DNA from: an uncultured virus (IMG/VR IMGVR_UViG_3300044972_000796)
Lineage: Duplodnaviria > Heunggongvirae > Uroviricota > Caudoviricetes
Strand: one strand, 5' to 3'
IMG/VR virus record: IMGVR_UViG_3300044972_000796
Length of the DNA: 64,000 nucleotides
This document shows positions 7,483-18,197 of the stretch, one piece after another; positions within the stretch are counted from its first letter, which is position 1; each line of letters starts with the position of its first letter. The notes below the pieces were generated by a model that had not been told where the DNA came from, made no database searches, and saw only the letters and a program-made list of their open reading frames with translations. A program made the translations under genes and the position numbers.

Positions 7483-7946
7483 TGCCAAAATGCTATCAAC
7501 TGATTGGAGTGCCTGCCTCGGGCAAAAGTACTTGGATCAAAGACCAAATTTGGGCATTGGGTTTGACCATAGTTAGTACAGATGCGTTTGTGGAAGACTA
7601 TGCTAGAGCACAGGGTAAGACCTATAGTGAAGTGTTTGTAGAATACATGCCCACAGCAATTGACCTAATGATCGAACAGGTTGTGTTTGCACGTGAGCAC
7701 GGTCATACTATAATTTGGGATCAAACCAGTACCACAGTTAAAAGTCGTGCTCGTAAGTTCCATATGCTTCCTGACTACGAACATATTGCTGTGGTGTTTC
7801 GTACACCTGAGCATAAAGAACTCGTGCGGCGTTTGATGAGTCGGCCTGGGAAAGAAATTCCAGACCATGTGGTTGCCAGCATGATTGCCAGCTGGGAAGA
7901 CCCCACAGAACAAGAAGGGTTCAAGGAGATTTGGAACGCAGGTTGA
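7482..7946 (+). CDS. P-loop kinase (AAA_33 / polynucleotide kinase-like)
   Basis: LIGVPASGKSTW, STD, IIWDQTS, lid R-xxx-R. Confidence 0.8.
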   Translation: MPKCYQLIGVPASGKSTWIKDQIWALGLTIVSTDAFVEDYARAQGKTYSEVFVEYMPTAIDLMIEQVVFAREHGHTIIWDQTSTTVKSRARKFHMLPDYEHIAVVFRTPEHKELVRRLMSRPGKEIPDHVVASMIASWEDPTEQEGFKEIWNAG

Positions 7947-7971
7947 CACTTCCTCCTTTTGGCAGTATAAT
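7943..7971 (+). promoter_or_regulatory. sigma70-type early promoter
   Basis: TTGACA-17-TATAAT. Confidence 0.88.
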
Positions 7972-7999
7972 ATATACTTAAATAAGAAAGGAGGACATT

Positions 8000-8605
8000 A
8001 TGCCTAGTGTATTTTTAGTTAGTGATACGCACTTTGGCCACACTGGCGTATGTAAGTTTACCCGAAATGACGGAGTAACCAAATTACGACCGTGGACAGA
8101 TCCAGATGAAATGGACGAAGCTATGGTCAAAGCGTGGAACGAGCGGGTAAAGCCAACTGATAAAGTTTACCATTTAGGTGACGTTGTGATTGCTCGTAAA
8201 GCGTTAAAAATCATGGAACGTCTTAACGGCGACAAAGTTTTAATTCGTGGCAACCACGACATCTACAAAGATGAGGACTACAGCAAGTACTTTAGATCCA
8301 TTAGAGCTTATCACGTTATGAACGGAATGATCCTTAGCCATATTCCGTTACACAGTGATTCAATGGGTCGTTTTGGTACAAACATTCACGGCCATACTCA
8401 CGCAAATCGTGTGAAGAAAGCTCGTGGTGTCGATGCTAGAACTGGTGAAGTTTTATACAGCGATGTAAACGATGTTCGTTATCATTGCGTTTGTGTGGAA
8501 CAAACGCCTGATTTTGCACCTATCTTGTTTGAAGATGTCATAAAGAACATCGAAGCAGAAGGTGGATCAGTGGGATTTAAGAACGGCAACGGCCCTACTA
8601 TGTAA
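8000..8605 (+). CDS. calcineurin-like metallophosphoesterase
   Basis: SDTHFGH, HLGD, GNHD, SHIP, HGHTH. Confidence 0.9.
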   Translation: MPSVFLVSDTHFGHTGVCKFTRNDGVTKLRPWTDPDEMDEAMVKAWNERVKPTDKVYHLGDVVIARKALKIMERLNGDKVLIRGNHDIYKDEDYSKYFRSIRAYHVMNGMILSHIPLHSDSMGRFGTNIHGHTHANRVKKARGVDARTGEVLYSDVNDVRYHCVCVEQTPDFAPILFEDVIKNIEAEGGSVGFKNGNGPTM

Positions 8606-8619
8606 TATAGTAGCACTTT

Positions 8620-8645
8620 AATAGGACCTTCGGTCCTATTTTTTT
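8620..8645 (+). terminator. rho-independent terminator
   Basis: ATAGGACC-TTC-GGTCCTAT followed by a T run. Confidence 0.88.
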
Positions 8646-8734
8646 GACTAGAACAAGCTATCTCCTATTTCTCAAATTGAATAAATACACTATAATGTTC
8701 AACCAAGTTGACACACGAATACCGGAGATAGTAC

Positions 8735-9679
8735 ATGTCATTACGAATTAGACGAGGCACAGATGCTCAAAGAGCAACAACATCCCTTGATATGGGTGAA
8801 CTTGTATACACTACAGATACTAAACAACTATACGTTGGTAACGGTATAGATGCCGGCGGCAGTCCTGTTATTCGACTGGGTACAGGTCTTGCATGGGCTG
8901 ACCCGGCATGCACCACTATCATTGCCACAGGTGCAGCTTTACAAGTTTCTGCAGATGCTACTCCAAGTTTAGGCGGTAATTTAAGTTTAAACAGTTATAC
9001 CATTAACGGAACTGGATCTATCAATATTGCCGGCGACATCACTTCAGGCAGCACAACAGTTGACGGTACTCTAAGAACTTTTAATCGTACTAGTTCTCAT
9101 TGTCTTTTTAATTCACTTACTGGAACAGGAAATACATCATTTATAGAAATACAAGTTTCTCGAGGAACTTTTGCAGCACCTACGGCTGTAGTTTCGCAAG
9201 ATTTGATAGGCGGCATAATTTTACGTGGTTACACAGGTTCGGTATTTGCGCCTTCGACTGTTATCGGCAGCGTGGCCGACGGTGTGCCAGTCAACAATGT
9301 GGTGCCTGGCAAATTTGTGGTACAAACAGTCAATGCAACGGGAACAGGAATTAATCTATTAACTTTTGACAAAAACGGAACATTAGCAACAACTGTTGTA
9401 ACTGTGGGAAACGGCACAGTAGGTTCTCCAAGTATTGCATTCAGCGCAGACACTGGTGTCAATACCGGATTTTATCGTCCCAGCGAAGGCGTTATTGGAG
9501 TTTCAACCAATGGCGTAGAAACAGCACAATTTGTTGATGGCGGCATAAGTGTCACTGGATATGTCAAAGTAAAAGATTTTGCTGGGACATTGCCTTTAAC
9601 TCCAACAGCAGGAATGATTGTGCTGGATGGTTCTATATTCAAAGGTTATAACGGAACTGCTTGGGTCGATCTTAACTAA
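8735..9679 (+). CDS. virion tail fibre-like structural protein
   Basis: N-terminal LRIRRGT...GELVYTTDTKQLYVGNG (Mtd-N/hyaluronidase-like), G/T-rich, C-terminal GYNGTAW; TAAATA box at 8682. Confidence 0.7.
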   Translation: MSLRIRRGTDAQRATTSLDMGELVYTTDTKQLYVGNGIDAGGSPVIRLGTGLAWADPACTTIIATGAALQVSADATPSLGGNLSLNSYTINGTGSINIAGDITSGSTTVDGTLRTFNRTSSHCLFNSLTGTGNTSFIEIQVSRGTFAAPTAVVSQDLIGGIILRGYTGSVFAPSTVIGSVADGVPVNNVVPGKFVVQTVNATGTGINLLTFDKNGTLATTVVTVGNGTVGSPSIAFSADTGVNTGFYRPSEGVIGVSTNGVETAQFVDGGISVTGYVKVKDFAGTLPLTPTAGMIVLDGSIFKGYNGTAWVDLN

Positions 9680-10233
9680 CACCAACGAGGCGATTGATTA
9701 AGTTGATCTAAAAATACAGTAGCATTCAACTTCCAAAAAGTTTGTACATGTCCTCGATAGCCCAATTCACAGGTGCGCTCCAATGCACCTGTGGTCACGA
9801 GTGCAGGGCAATAAATCTTATGGACTAGTCGTTGTGTACCAACAGTACTTGGATGGCTAGTAATATACAACTCTTTATCCGGGCCTGCCCATTCTATGCA
9901 CTGTGGAATAAAAAATTGTGCCGTAGCATTTTGATGTTGTTTAATAGTATAATTGACACTACGTAACTGATGCAAGGGCAGTTGATTAGTAAACACACAT
10001 GTTCTAGCACAGATACGATATGCATTTGGCCCAAGTTCAGAGAGGCTGTGCGCCGCCACACTTCCCGACGCAATTCCATTGTAGTATAATATCCAAACAT
10101 TCCATTCTTTTTCTTTTTTGAAACAATCTACCATGGCTTTTTGACTAGCATTGTTGACAAAACCTCGATTGTTTGCGTCTGCATAGAAGCTAGACAGATC
10201 TAGATCAGCTGTCCAAGGAACCAGCTTATACAT
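9676..10233 (-). CDS. hypothetical protein (possible GNAT-like fold)
   Basis: Coupled to the upstream gene (ATGTATAA overlap); fold guess is weak. Confidence 0.6.
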   Translation of the reverse strand: MYKLVPWTADLDLSSFYADANNRGFVNNASQKAMVDCFKKEKEWNVWILYYNGIASGSVAAHSLSELGPNAYRICARTCVFTNQLPLHQLRSVNYTIKQHQNATAQFFIPQCIEWAGPDKELYITSHPSTVGTQRLVHKIYCPALVTTGALERTCELGYRGHVQTFWKLNATVFLDQLNQSPRWC

Positions 10234-11122
10234 TTTCAAGATGCCTTAACAAAGGAGCAATGCCAACTATTTGATTGTTCTTTGTTGCCATGTGTATTGT
10301 ATCCGACGACACTAATCCAAAATCATTACAAATTTTAAAATGATTAGCACCGTGTGTGTTCCACAAGTGATCAGGTTGCATATTTTCTAAAATATAATTT
10401 CCTATTACCACAGGATATGCAGTTGTTTGAAGATGATCATTGATCAATGTGATACTGTCTTCAACAATGCTTTTTGTCCAACGAAGCCCAACTCTGTTCC
10501 ACCCGCTGGTTCCGTAGCCTTTGCTCATACTGATTCCTAGGCTAGCAACAGCAGGATGACAAAAGTCTATAACAACATTTCGTGCCGCAGTAATCCATGC
10601 ACCGTCTAAATGTACAGGGATATTTAATGTTACGCACAAGTCCAATAACTCCAGCATGTCAGGTCTCGTGATTCCAATACTGCTGAATGGTATAGATACC
10701 ATCAGCGGAATTCCAGGTTGTAAGTTTTCTATTTTACAAATCATTGCTCTGGGATTAATTTTGTAATGATAGCTGTATTCATGTTCAAGTATTTGGACAT
10801 CACCTTTTAAATGTAAATTTTCAATGTATTGTGTACATCCTTGGATAATATCAACTCTCGCAGCCGTCTCCAACCCTGTTATAGAATTCAACTGAGATCC
10901 AGTTATGTGAGATTGAAATAAATTTTTAAATTTGGTGTACACAGATGTTGTGCCAATAACTTGAGCTGCACCAAAGGTATCGTCAATACAATTCCAATCG
11001 TAATCTTTTTTAAAAATTATGTCGCGAATTAATTGTATATGTAGTCTGTCCATGAATGGTCTACACTTGTACAATTCTAGATGTTCAACACTGTAAGCAA
11101 GTGGACCAGCAATATCAAACAT
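10226..11122 (-). CDS. PLP-dependent transferase (fold type I)-like
   Basis: PVHLDGAW and SMSKGYG...RVGLR resemble the PLP Asp and Schiff-base Lys motifs. Confidence 0.65.
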   Translation of the reverse strand: MFDIAGPLAYSVEHLELYKCRPFMDRLHIQLIRDIIFKKDYDWNCIDDTFGAAQVIGTTSVYTKFKNLFQSHITGSQLNSITGLETAARVDIIQGCTQYIENLHLKGDVQILEHEYSYHYKINPRAMICKIENLQPGIPLMVSIPFSSIGITRPDMLELLDLCVTLNIPVHLDGAWITAARNVVIDFCHPAVASLGISMSKGYGTSGWNRVGLRWTKSIVEDSITLINDHLQTTAYPVVIGNYILENMQPDHLWNTHGANHFKICNDFGLVSSDTIHMATKNNQIVGIAPLLRHLENV

Positions 11123-11834
11123 ATTCAAACCCTTGTTTAAATGTGCCTTCGACTTTAATAGTTAGTGACGACTTATCATATGCTTCGGTATTACCATGCC
11201 AATTGTAGTGATTGAACGTTGCAGCATGTCCTTCGACTGGAATTGTTTTTGATATCTTGCCGTCTGTATCAACATCGTATAAACAAAAGTGTCTGTCTAG
11301 ATCAAATCTAAACCAAATTAAATCTTGCAAACTGTCAGGCGGTTGAGCAAGCTCTCCCTTCTCATAGGGTAAAAAATTATAATCTCTATGAAACTTTAGT
11401 GGACAGTAATGATCGTTATAAAATAAACTAACAGAATCTATCTTGGAAAATGGCAATGTTTCCATCCAAATTTTTATAGGATCAGTCACCCAGGGTTCTA
11501 CATTTTTATTAGGGGAGTAATCCAATAAGTGCAATATTCTATAAGGATTAAACGATCCATGCTTTAATTGCAAATATATTGCCAATTGTTCTTTGTTATC
11601 AAATTTGGTTGTTTTTGAATCTGCTGAACTTTTTAAAGTATAGTATAAAGACGGATTATCTGTTATATAACTCCAATTAGCATCTGTAGGTATACCGCCG
11701 GCATTCCAAACTGACACAGCATGCTCTTTGTTTTTGGCAAATAGATAATAAAACTCATCTTTCAAACTTAGAAATTCTGCAATGTTTAAATACTGATCTA
11801 AAGTATGAAATGGTTTATTGTGTAATAGAATCAT
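11115..11834 (-). CDS. 2OG-Fe(II) oxygenase-like protein
   Basis: FHRD ... FNHYNWHG; paralog of 20369-21148. Confidence 0.55.
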   Translation of the reverse strand: MILLHNKPFHTLDQYLNIAEFLSLKDEFYYLFAKNKEHAVSVWNAGGIPTDANWSYITDNPSLYYTLKSSADSKTTKFDNKEQLAIYLQLKHGSFNPYRILHLLDYSPNKNVEPWVTDPIKIWMETLPFSKIDSVSLFYNDHYCPLKFHRDYNFLPYEKGELAQPPDSLQDLIWFRFDLDRHFCLYDVDTDGKISKTIPVEGHAATFNHYNWHGNTEAYDKSSLTIKVEGTFKQGFEYV

Positions 11835-11866
11835 GCAGTATTTATTTTAAAGGTTTTTGTATCCTA

Positions 11867-12574
11867 ATGATTAAGACAGCAAGTACTAGCTCAAATTGGT
11901 TTGTTAAAGGTATTCCATCAGCTACACAAATTGCAAAGTGGCAACAGTCCAATGCCATATCTAAGATACAGTATCCAGACATGACTGGAACTATACATTA
12001 TCAGACTAATTCAAAAGGTTATAGAGACATTGAGTGGACCAACCATGATCTTAATGATTCAATTTGGTGCTTGGGTCATAGCGATGTTTTCGGCGTTGGT
12101 GTAGAATTGTCAGCTACTTGGCCAGCGGTACTAGAACAACTAAGTGGTTTTAAAACTGTTAACTTAGGTGTAGTAGGAGGCGCATGGGACACAATTGCAC
12201 GTATTGTGTTTTCTGGACTTAGTGTATATAAACCTAAACACATTTTTATACAAGCAACCACTAAGGAACGTAGAGAGTACATCTCAGATAAGTTTCAATC
12301 AACTGTATTACCATCGATGCCTGCGAGCATGTTGCCACACAACGAAGTGTGGAAATACATAGACGATACTAACAGTGAATATATTTACGAAAAGAACATT
12401 GCTGTTATTACCGCCGCATGCAAAGCAGCAGGCGTAAAAGTACACATTTTTGAATTTGCTGATAGATGGAGTTTAATAAGGCAAGACCCAGCTGTGGATC
12501 TTGAACATATTGGTACATCGACTCATACCAAAGTGGCTGAATATCTTAACAAGTATCTAATAAATGAAAAATAG
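11867..12574 (+). CDS. SGNH/GDSL hydrolase-like protein
   Basis: TNSKGYRD, LGHSDVFG, NLGVVGG, DLEH. Confidence 0.6.
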   Translation: MIKTASTSSNWFVKGIPSATQIAKWQQSNAISKIQYPDMTGTIHYQTNSKGYRDIEWTNHDLNDSIWCLGHSDVFGVGVELSATWPAVLEQLSGFKTVNLGVVGGAWDTIARIVFSGLSVYKPKHIFIQATTKERREYISDKFQSTVLPSMPASMLPHNEVWKYIDDTNSEYIYEKNIAVITAACKAAGVKVHIFEFADRWSLIRQDPAVDLEHIGTSTHTKVAEYLNKYLINEK

Positions 12575-13196
12575 ACTTGTTACGTTCGGATGCTCTTATA
12601 CATATGGGCAAGGGCTTCCAGATTGTCAATCAACTAATATATTGATATTCACATTTGATAATTCTAGATCAAGCAAGCTGGGCTGGCCCCAACAGGTAGC
12701 AGACGCATTGGGATTAGAGCTAGTTAACAAGTCAAAGCCTGGAGCAAGTAATTTAGAAATTTTATATTCCGTACTAGAATTTAGATTTGAAGAAACTGAC
12801 ACAGTTGTTATCATGTGGTCTCATTCTCTAAGAGATATGTTTGTTAACACACTATTCAACATGTTTCCTTCTCGCAAACAATTAGGAGCTTGGAAAACAT
12901 CAAGTCTTGCTTTGAAATGGACTGCACAATTAAGCGAACACGATTATGCCATGCGTACTTGGATATACATGCATCATGCCGGCTTATATCTTGAGCAGAA
13001 AAAAATAAAGTTTATACACTATCCGGCCACTATGCAAGAGTTGAATAAATTTAAAATGCCCAATTTAGCAATCAATAATCTATACACATCTGGCATTACA
13101 CATTTAGACCACTGTGTAGGAGACAGCCATCCTGGGCCAAAATCAAATGAAGCTACTGCAAATATCATCGCTGGAATACTACAGCAAGTGTGTTAG
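12564..13196 (+). CDS. SGNH/GDSL hydrolase-like protein
   Basis: FGCSYTYG, NKSKPGASN, DSHPG. Confidence 0.65.
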   Translation: MKNRLVTFGCSYTYGQGLPDCQSTNILIFTFDNSRSSKLGWPQQVADALGLELVNKSKPGASNLEILYSVLEFRFEETDTVVIMWSHSLRDMFVNTLFNMFPSRKQLGAWKTSSLALKWTAQLSEHDYAMRTWIYMHHAGLYLEQKKIKFIHYPATMQELNKFKMPNLAINNLYTSGITHLDHCVGDSHPGPKSNEATANIIAGILQQVC

Positions 13197-14591
13197 TTCG
13201 GGAAAAACACTAGTGAACTCTATTTTTCGTAATGGTTGTAATGTTTCAATATATTCTTTGAATGCTGGTAACTGATTGCTGTGGTCTTCTGCATCCATAA
13301 AGTCTAACACTGCTTGCCAGCGTTTCCATCCATAGGGATTATTTTTCCAAAAGTCGTCATCTTGTCTGTAGTTGGCATATAGCCATACTTTTAGTTCGTC
13401 AAACGTTTTTCTCACTGCTGCCTTGTCTAACGCAGGCAAGCATCTAATGCTTAAAAATGTAGGTATATATAACAGGTGCATATTAAAAATACCGCCGCCT
13501 GCTTGTATATCACCAGTAACATTACCAAAGTTAATTTTCTTAAAATTTTGTTGAATCTTCCATTTAGCAAAATCTGCCAAGTGTTTGATATTTAAGATTT
13601 GTATGGCAGTGGCAATACTAGTTTGTATATTATCAGGAGTATTATCTAGTCTGTGTAAATTTCTTACTATAGTGTTCCAATCACTAGGATACCGTATGTA
13701 GTAATTCTTATCTCCAATAGCATCAATGCTAAATCCCACTTTAACTTTTTTGAACTTGCTCCATAATTCAATAATCGAATCGTCTATTAAGAGTCCGTTA
13801 GTATTGTAACGTACAAGAATTTTGTCTGCGTACCCTTGACGAATAATTTCTTCAAGGAACATCGTATGTTCTTTAATCATAAGTGGCTCGCCACCGGCAA
13901 AATATACTTGTTTTAAGTTAGGAATTTGTGCATACATTTCTTTCCAAAAGTCCGGATTTTCATGCCACTTATTATTAAATTCTTTTTGATCCCAATGCAT
14001 CTGAGATTTTAGTTCTGGCGCTTTGAATAGCGGATAAATCTTTTTATGATCTGCTACCCACTTACTGCTGTCGTGGGGACTGCACATAACGCACTTTAAG
14101 TTACAAGTGTGTCCAAGTCGAAGATCCAAATAGACTAACTGTTCAGGAACAGTTCCGTCTTCTTGTGTTTGACGGATTAATTCTTCTAAATCAATTCCTT
14201 CTTCGTGCCAAGTAGCAGTTTCCCATATACGCTTACTAGCAACACCTTTACTCTCTTCATCATAACATTTTTTACAACTTGCGGGAATTTTTCCCTCCAG
14301 CATAGTTGTTCTAACATCACGCATGTATGTATTATTCCATGCACTCATGGGAGTTTCTCGGCCAAAGTTAGCAGGTGTGCCCTTTTCATTTTTAACTAAT
14401 CCCACAGTGTGATTTTCACCAGCGCCACTGGCATTCGCACTACAGCATAATCTCATATCGCCGTTAGGCCTAGTAGCAAAATGTATCCAAGGCAACACAC
14501 AAAATGTACTGCTCTTAGTTAAAATTTCTATTTTTTTCTGCCAAAATCCAATTTTGGTATCTTCAGGTTGAATCCAAAATGTTTTAGACAT
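13179..14591 (-). CDS. radical SAM protein (twitch domain)
   Basis: FCVLPW...LCC, CKKC, CNLKCVMC, FAGGEP, YNTNG. Confidence 0.9.
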   Translation of the reverse strand: MSKTFWIQPEDTKIGFWQKKIEILTKSSTFCVLPWIHFATRPNGDMRLCCSANASGAGENHTVGLVKNEKGTPANFGRETPMSAWNNTYMRDVRTTMLEGKIPASCKKCYDEESKGVASKRIWETATWHEEGIDLEELIRQTQEDGTVPEQLVYLDLRLGHTCNLKCVMCSPHDSSKWVADHKKIYPLFKAPELKSQMHWDQKEFNNKWHENPDFWKEMYAQIPNLKQVYFAGGEPLMIKEHTMFLEEIIRQGYADKILVRYNTNGLLIDDSIIELWSKFKKVKVGFSIDAIGDKNYYIRYPSDWNTIVRNLHRLDNTPDNIQTSIATAIQILNIKHLADFAKWKIQQNFKKINFGNVTGDIQAGGGIFNMHLLYIPTFLSIRCLPALDKAAVRKTFDELKVWLYANYRQDDDFWKNNPYGWKRWQAVLDFMDAEDHSNQLPAFKEYIETLQPLRKIEFTSVFPELTHLL

Positions 14592-15255
14592 GTGTTACCT
14601 TAAATTCAGATGTGACGAGTTGTTTAAATTCTTCAAGCAATTCGCGTTCTACTTTAAATGACAAACTAAATGTAGTGTGAGCAAAATTTGCTAACTTGTA
14701 TTTCTGATTTGCTCTATTTAAAAATGGACTAAAGATTTTATCAAATTTATATCTAAAATCGTTTTGTTCGTATGCCGCTTCAATAGCAACGCTGACTAAA
14801 TCTACTGGCTGACGACTGTTACGTAACGGTTCACGCACAACTAATTGTAGTCGTGGAACAGAACCGTAGTTGGTAGCCGCATGTATACGACTAGCATCCA
14901 TATAAGCCCAGCGATTATCCCTGACACATTCGTGCATAACTTTGTTATCCAAATCAATCAAGTATGCTTGCTCGCCAGTCAAGTTCAAATGCCAACGGTT
15001 GTCTATGTCAGCATGAGCCATATAACTTTCACCTGGCGCCAGTTTAATAATACGTGCTTGTCCAATAGACACAGGCATTGTGTCTAATACTTGTTGCCAA
15101 ATTGTGTCTTTATACAAGTCTTTAATCTTCCATGTATCGTAAAAGAAGTCGCCTGTTGGTTCATTAAGTACAGTACCTTCGCCCGTAACTGGATGTTCTC
15201 TAAGTGCTTGTTCAATCAGTCCTTCTGGACACACCCATATTTGTTTGGTAATCAT
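14584..15255 (-). CDS. Asp/Asn beta-hydroxylase-like 2OG-Fe(II) oxygenase
   Basis: ARIIKLAPG..AHAD...HAATN...R; ATG 15255 follows TATAAATA. Confidence 0.7.
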   Translation of the reverse strand: MITKQIWVCPEGLIEQALREHPVTGEGTVLNEPTGDFFYDTWKIKDLYKDTIWQQVLDTMPVSIGQARIIKLAPGESYMAHADIDNRWHLNLTGEQAYLIDLDNKVMHECVRDNRWAYMDASRIHAATNYGSVPRLQLVVREPLRNSRQPVDLVSVAIEAAYEQNDFRYKFDKIFSPFLNRANQKYKLANFAHTTFSLSFKVERELLEEFKQLVTSEFKVTHV

Positions 15256-15294
15256 AAAATATTTATATGTTGTTATCACTTGCTTAAATATATC

Positions 15295-15975
15295 ATGGAA
15301 CTGTATTTAAAACATAATTGGAAGAGAATTGGCATAAGCATAAGTGGTGGTGCCGATAGTGCATTACTAGCATACTTAATATGTTCAAATACAAACGCAG
15401 ATATACATTTTACAAATCAAATTAGGCTTTGGAAAACACGACCATGGCAAGAACATGTAGCTGACACGGTTATTGCTTGGTTTAAGGATCACTTTAAAAA
15501 TAACTTTTATCTACATAGAAATCTGATTCCGTCAGAATTAGAATGGGCTGACAAAGGCCCAACTATCGTAGATGAATATGGAAAATTAAAAAGCGGCAAT
15601 CAAATTATATTAAGATCACACAACGAGTATATTGCTCACAAGTACAAACTAGATGCATTGTACGGAGGTATTAACAAGAATCCAGATATTGAGATAGAAG
15701 GATCATTAGCTGATCGAGATACTGGACACATACCTCCTCATTTTATACACAACGGTGTTGATATTTGCCATCCATTCGTGTATACTAAGAAAGATTGGAT
15801 TATTAAACAGTATTTTGAAAATGGTATAGAAGAATTGTTAAATTTAACTCGTAGTTGCGAGGGCGAATTTGAAGATGTAGATTATACTACATATACCGCC
15901 GGACAACATGTTCCTGTGTGTGGAAAATGTTTCTGGTGTAAAGAAAGAGAGTGGGCAATTGAACAATCAAAGTAA
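15295..15975 (+). CDS. QueC-like PP-loop adenine nucleotide alpha-hydrolase
   Basis: ISGGADS PP-loop; TRSC...CGKCFWCKER Zn site; ATG follows TAAATA. Confidence 0.7.
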   Translation: MELYLKHNWKRIGISISGGADSALLAYLICSNTNADIHFTNQIRLWKTRPWQEHVADTVIAWFKDHFKNNFYLHRNLIPSELEWADKGPTIVDEYGKLKSGNQIILRSHNEYIAHKYKLDALYGGINKNPDIEIEGSLADRDTGHIPPHFIHNGVDICHPFVYTKKDWIIKQYFENGIEELLNLTRSCEGEFEDVDYTTYTAGQHVPVCGKCFWCKEREWAIEQSK

Positions 15976-17224
15976 AACATTTTGCATGCATCCTTTTACA
16001 GGATTAGCTACACGTGAAGACGGAGCCGTTAAAGTCTGCTGTCGTAGCCTGCCTGTTGGTTGGATTCAAGATGAAAGTCTAGAAAGCGTGTGGAATAGCC
16101 AAAACATGCAAGAAGTACGAAAACAAATACTTAATAACGAACGTCCACTTGTGTGTATGCCATGTTTTGATTTAGAAGATCAAGGCGTTGAGAGTTTACG
16201 TCAGCGACACATTAAAGATTCCATTCCAGAGAGTCGTATCAATCTTTATCCCAATGCACTTGATACACTAACTGACAACTATACAATGCCGTTTGAATTT
16301 CCCACAATGGAAATTAAACTTAATAATTTGTGTAACTTACGTTGTCGTATGTGTAATCCATTAGACAGTACTAATTGGAGTGACTGGAATGAAGTTGTTC
16401 CGTTTTACAAAAAAGAAAACAACTATCTAGTGTCCACTGTGGAAAAACTAGTAAGCAAACCAGGACAGTATATTGGATCATTCGATGACACTGACAACTG
16501 GTGGGGCAGCTTTGAAAAACTACTACCACACTTTAGACGAGTTGAGTTTGCTGGCGGCGAACCATTAATGGATCCGCAACACTATAAAATTTTAGATATG
16601 CTCAAGCCTTATGGTAAGAACATAGAAATCAAGTATGCCACAAACGGCACAACACTGGGTATTAGCAAAGGAAGAACTATACATGACTATTGGCCTCATT
16701 TTAGATCAGTTGCCGTTAACGTCAGCATTGACGGCATTCATGATGTTTACAATTACATTCGTGGTAACGGCAACTTTAGCCAACTCGAAGAAAATATTAA
16801 AGAAATTCAATCCATACCAAATGTGAGCCGTGTGGTAGGTGCATTCACTGCACAAGGCGGAAACATACTACAAGCCGCAGAGTGCGTTGATTACTTTATC
16901 AACAAAATGGGAATTGTGTTTTACAGTCATCGTGTTAGCTATCCCAACTGTTTATCAGCACAAGTATTGCCACAAGCGTTAAAAGATCTAGCAATACAAA
17001 GATTACAAGAAGTTAAATCACGAGTAGACTCATTTGAAGCTGTTAAGAAAAATGCATTATTAGGTAAAGTGACGCATCAACAAATACAAGACAATATAAA
17101 TTATTTGCAGGCAAAGGACCAAAATAATCTATGGAACGACTTTGTTGAGTTTAACCAAAAATTAGATGCCACACGTAAACAAAGTTTATTAGATACTGTC
17201 CCAGAGTTTAAACTGTATGTATGA
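15959..17224 (+). CDS. radical SAM protein (twitch domain)
   Basis: FCMHPF, VCC, CNLRCRMC, FAGGEP; start uncertain (TTG 15959 vs 15908). Confidence 0.88.
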   Translation: MNNQSKTFCMHPFTGLATREDGAVKVCCRSLPVGWIQDESLESVWNSQNMQEVRKQILNNERPLVCMPCFDLEDQGVESLRQRHIKDSIPESRINLYPNALDTLTDNYTMPFEFPTMEIKLNNLCNLRCRMCNPLDSTNWSDWNEVVPFYKKENNYLVSTVEKLVSKPGQYIGSFDDTDNWWGSFEKLLPHFRRVEFAGGEPLMDPQHYKILDMLKPYGKNIEIKYATNGTTLGISKGRTIHDYWPHFRSVAVNVSIDGIHDVYNYIRGNGNFSQLEENIKEIQSIPNVSRVVGAFTAQGGNILQAAECVDYFINKMGIVFYSHRVSYPNCLSAQVLPQALKDLAIQRLQEVKSRVDSFEAVKKNALLGKVTHQQIQDNINYLQAKDQNNLWNDFVEFNQKLDATRKQSLLDTVPEFKLYV

Positions 17225-18197
17225 ATTAGTTAACATTCGAGATATTCATTTGGAATTAACAAGTAAGTGCCAAGCCAGGTGTCCAATGTGCCCGCGACGT
17301 ATTAGTGGCGGCATACTTAATCCATTGATAACATTAAACGAAATAACTTTAAGTCAATTTAAAAAATGGTTTTCTGTTGAATTTATACAGCAGTTAGATA
17401 GCTTGTTTATATGCGGCAATTTAGGCGATCCTATTGTAGCACAAGATTGTTTAAAAATACTCCAATACATTAAGGAAACAAATCCTGCAATACAATTGAG
17501 TATGCATACCAACGGCAGTGCTAAAAATACACAATGGTGGGAACAATTAGCCTACACCAAAACTAGGGTTGTATTCGGTATCGATGGTCTTGCAGACACT
17601 CACTCTCTCTATAGGGTAGGTACAGATTATAATAAAATTATAGAAAATGCATCTGCTTTCATACATGCCGGCGGCAATGCAGAATGGCATATGTTGGCAT
17701 TTGAGCACAACGAGCACCAAATTGCAGAGTGTCAAACCATTAGTGAATATCTTAAATTTAAAAGATTCACAGTCAAACATACCAGTCGATTTACTAGTAA
17801 TAAGTGGCATGTGTTGGATGACGAAGGCAAAACAACACATATTTTACGACCTACAGAAATCAGCCAGGATATGATATCCAAAGTTAAAGAGTCAACAACT
17901 GTGGCTTCAACAATACAATGCAAGGCTGTGAAGTATAAACAACTATATATTGCAGCCGATGGATCTATTAGTCCTTGTTGTTGGTTAGACGTTAGTTGGA
18001 TGCTGCCAACGCATGGCTCCCGCATTGATTATATGGATTCCATTGGAAACTTTCCTAATCTAAATAAAAATACAATAGAAGAAATATTTGAATCCGGCCA
18101 CTTCAAACAAATAGAAGATACATGGAATATCAAGCCTTTAATCGAATGCAGCAAGCAGTGTGGCAAGTTTGATAAATCAGGAGCACAATTTGTCTAA
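17217..18197 (+). CDS. radical SAM/SPASM protein
   Basis: CQARCPMC, HTNG, IDGL, C-terminal C...PCC...CxxxC. Confidence 0.88.
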   Translation: MYELVNIRDIHLELTSKCQARCPMCPRRISGGILNPLITLNEITLSQFKKWFSVEFIQQLDSLFICGNLGDPIVAQDCLKILQYIKETNPAIQLSMHTNGSAKNTQWWEQLAYTKTRVVFGIDGLADTHSLYRVGTDYNKIIENASAFIHAGGNAEWHMLAFEHNEHQIAECQTISEYLKFKRFTVKHTSRFTSNKWHVLDDEGKTTHILRPTEISQDMISKVKESTTVASTIQCKAVKYKQLYIAADGSISPCCWLDVSWMLPTHGSRIDYMDSIGNFPNLNKNTIEEIFESGHFKQIEDTWNIKPLIECSKQCGKFDKSGAQFV

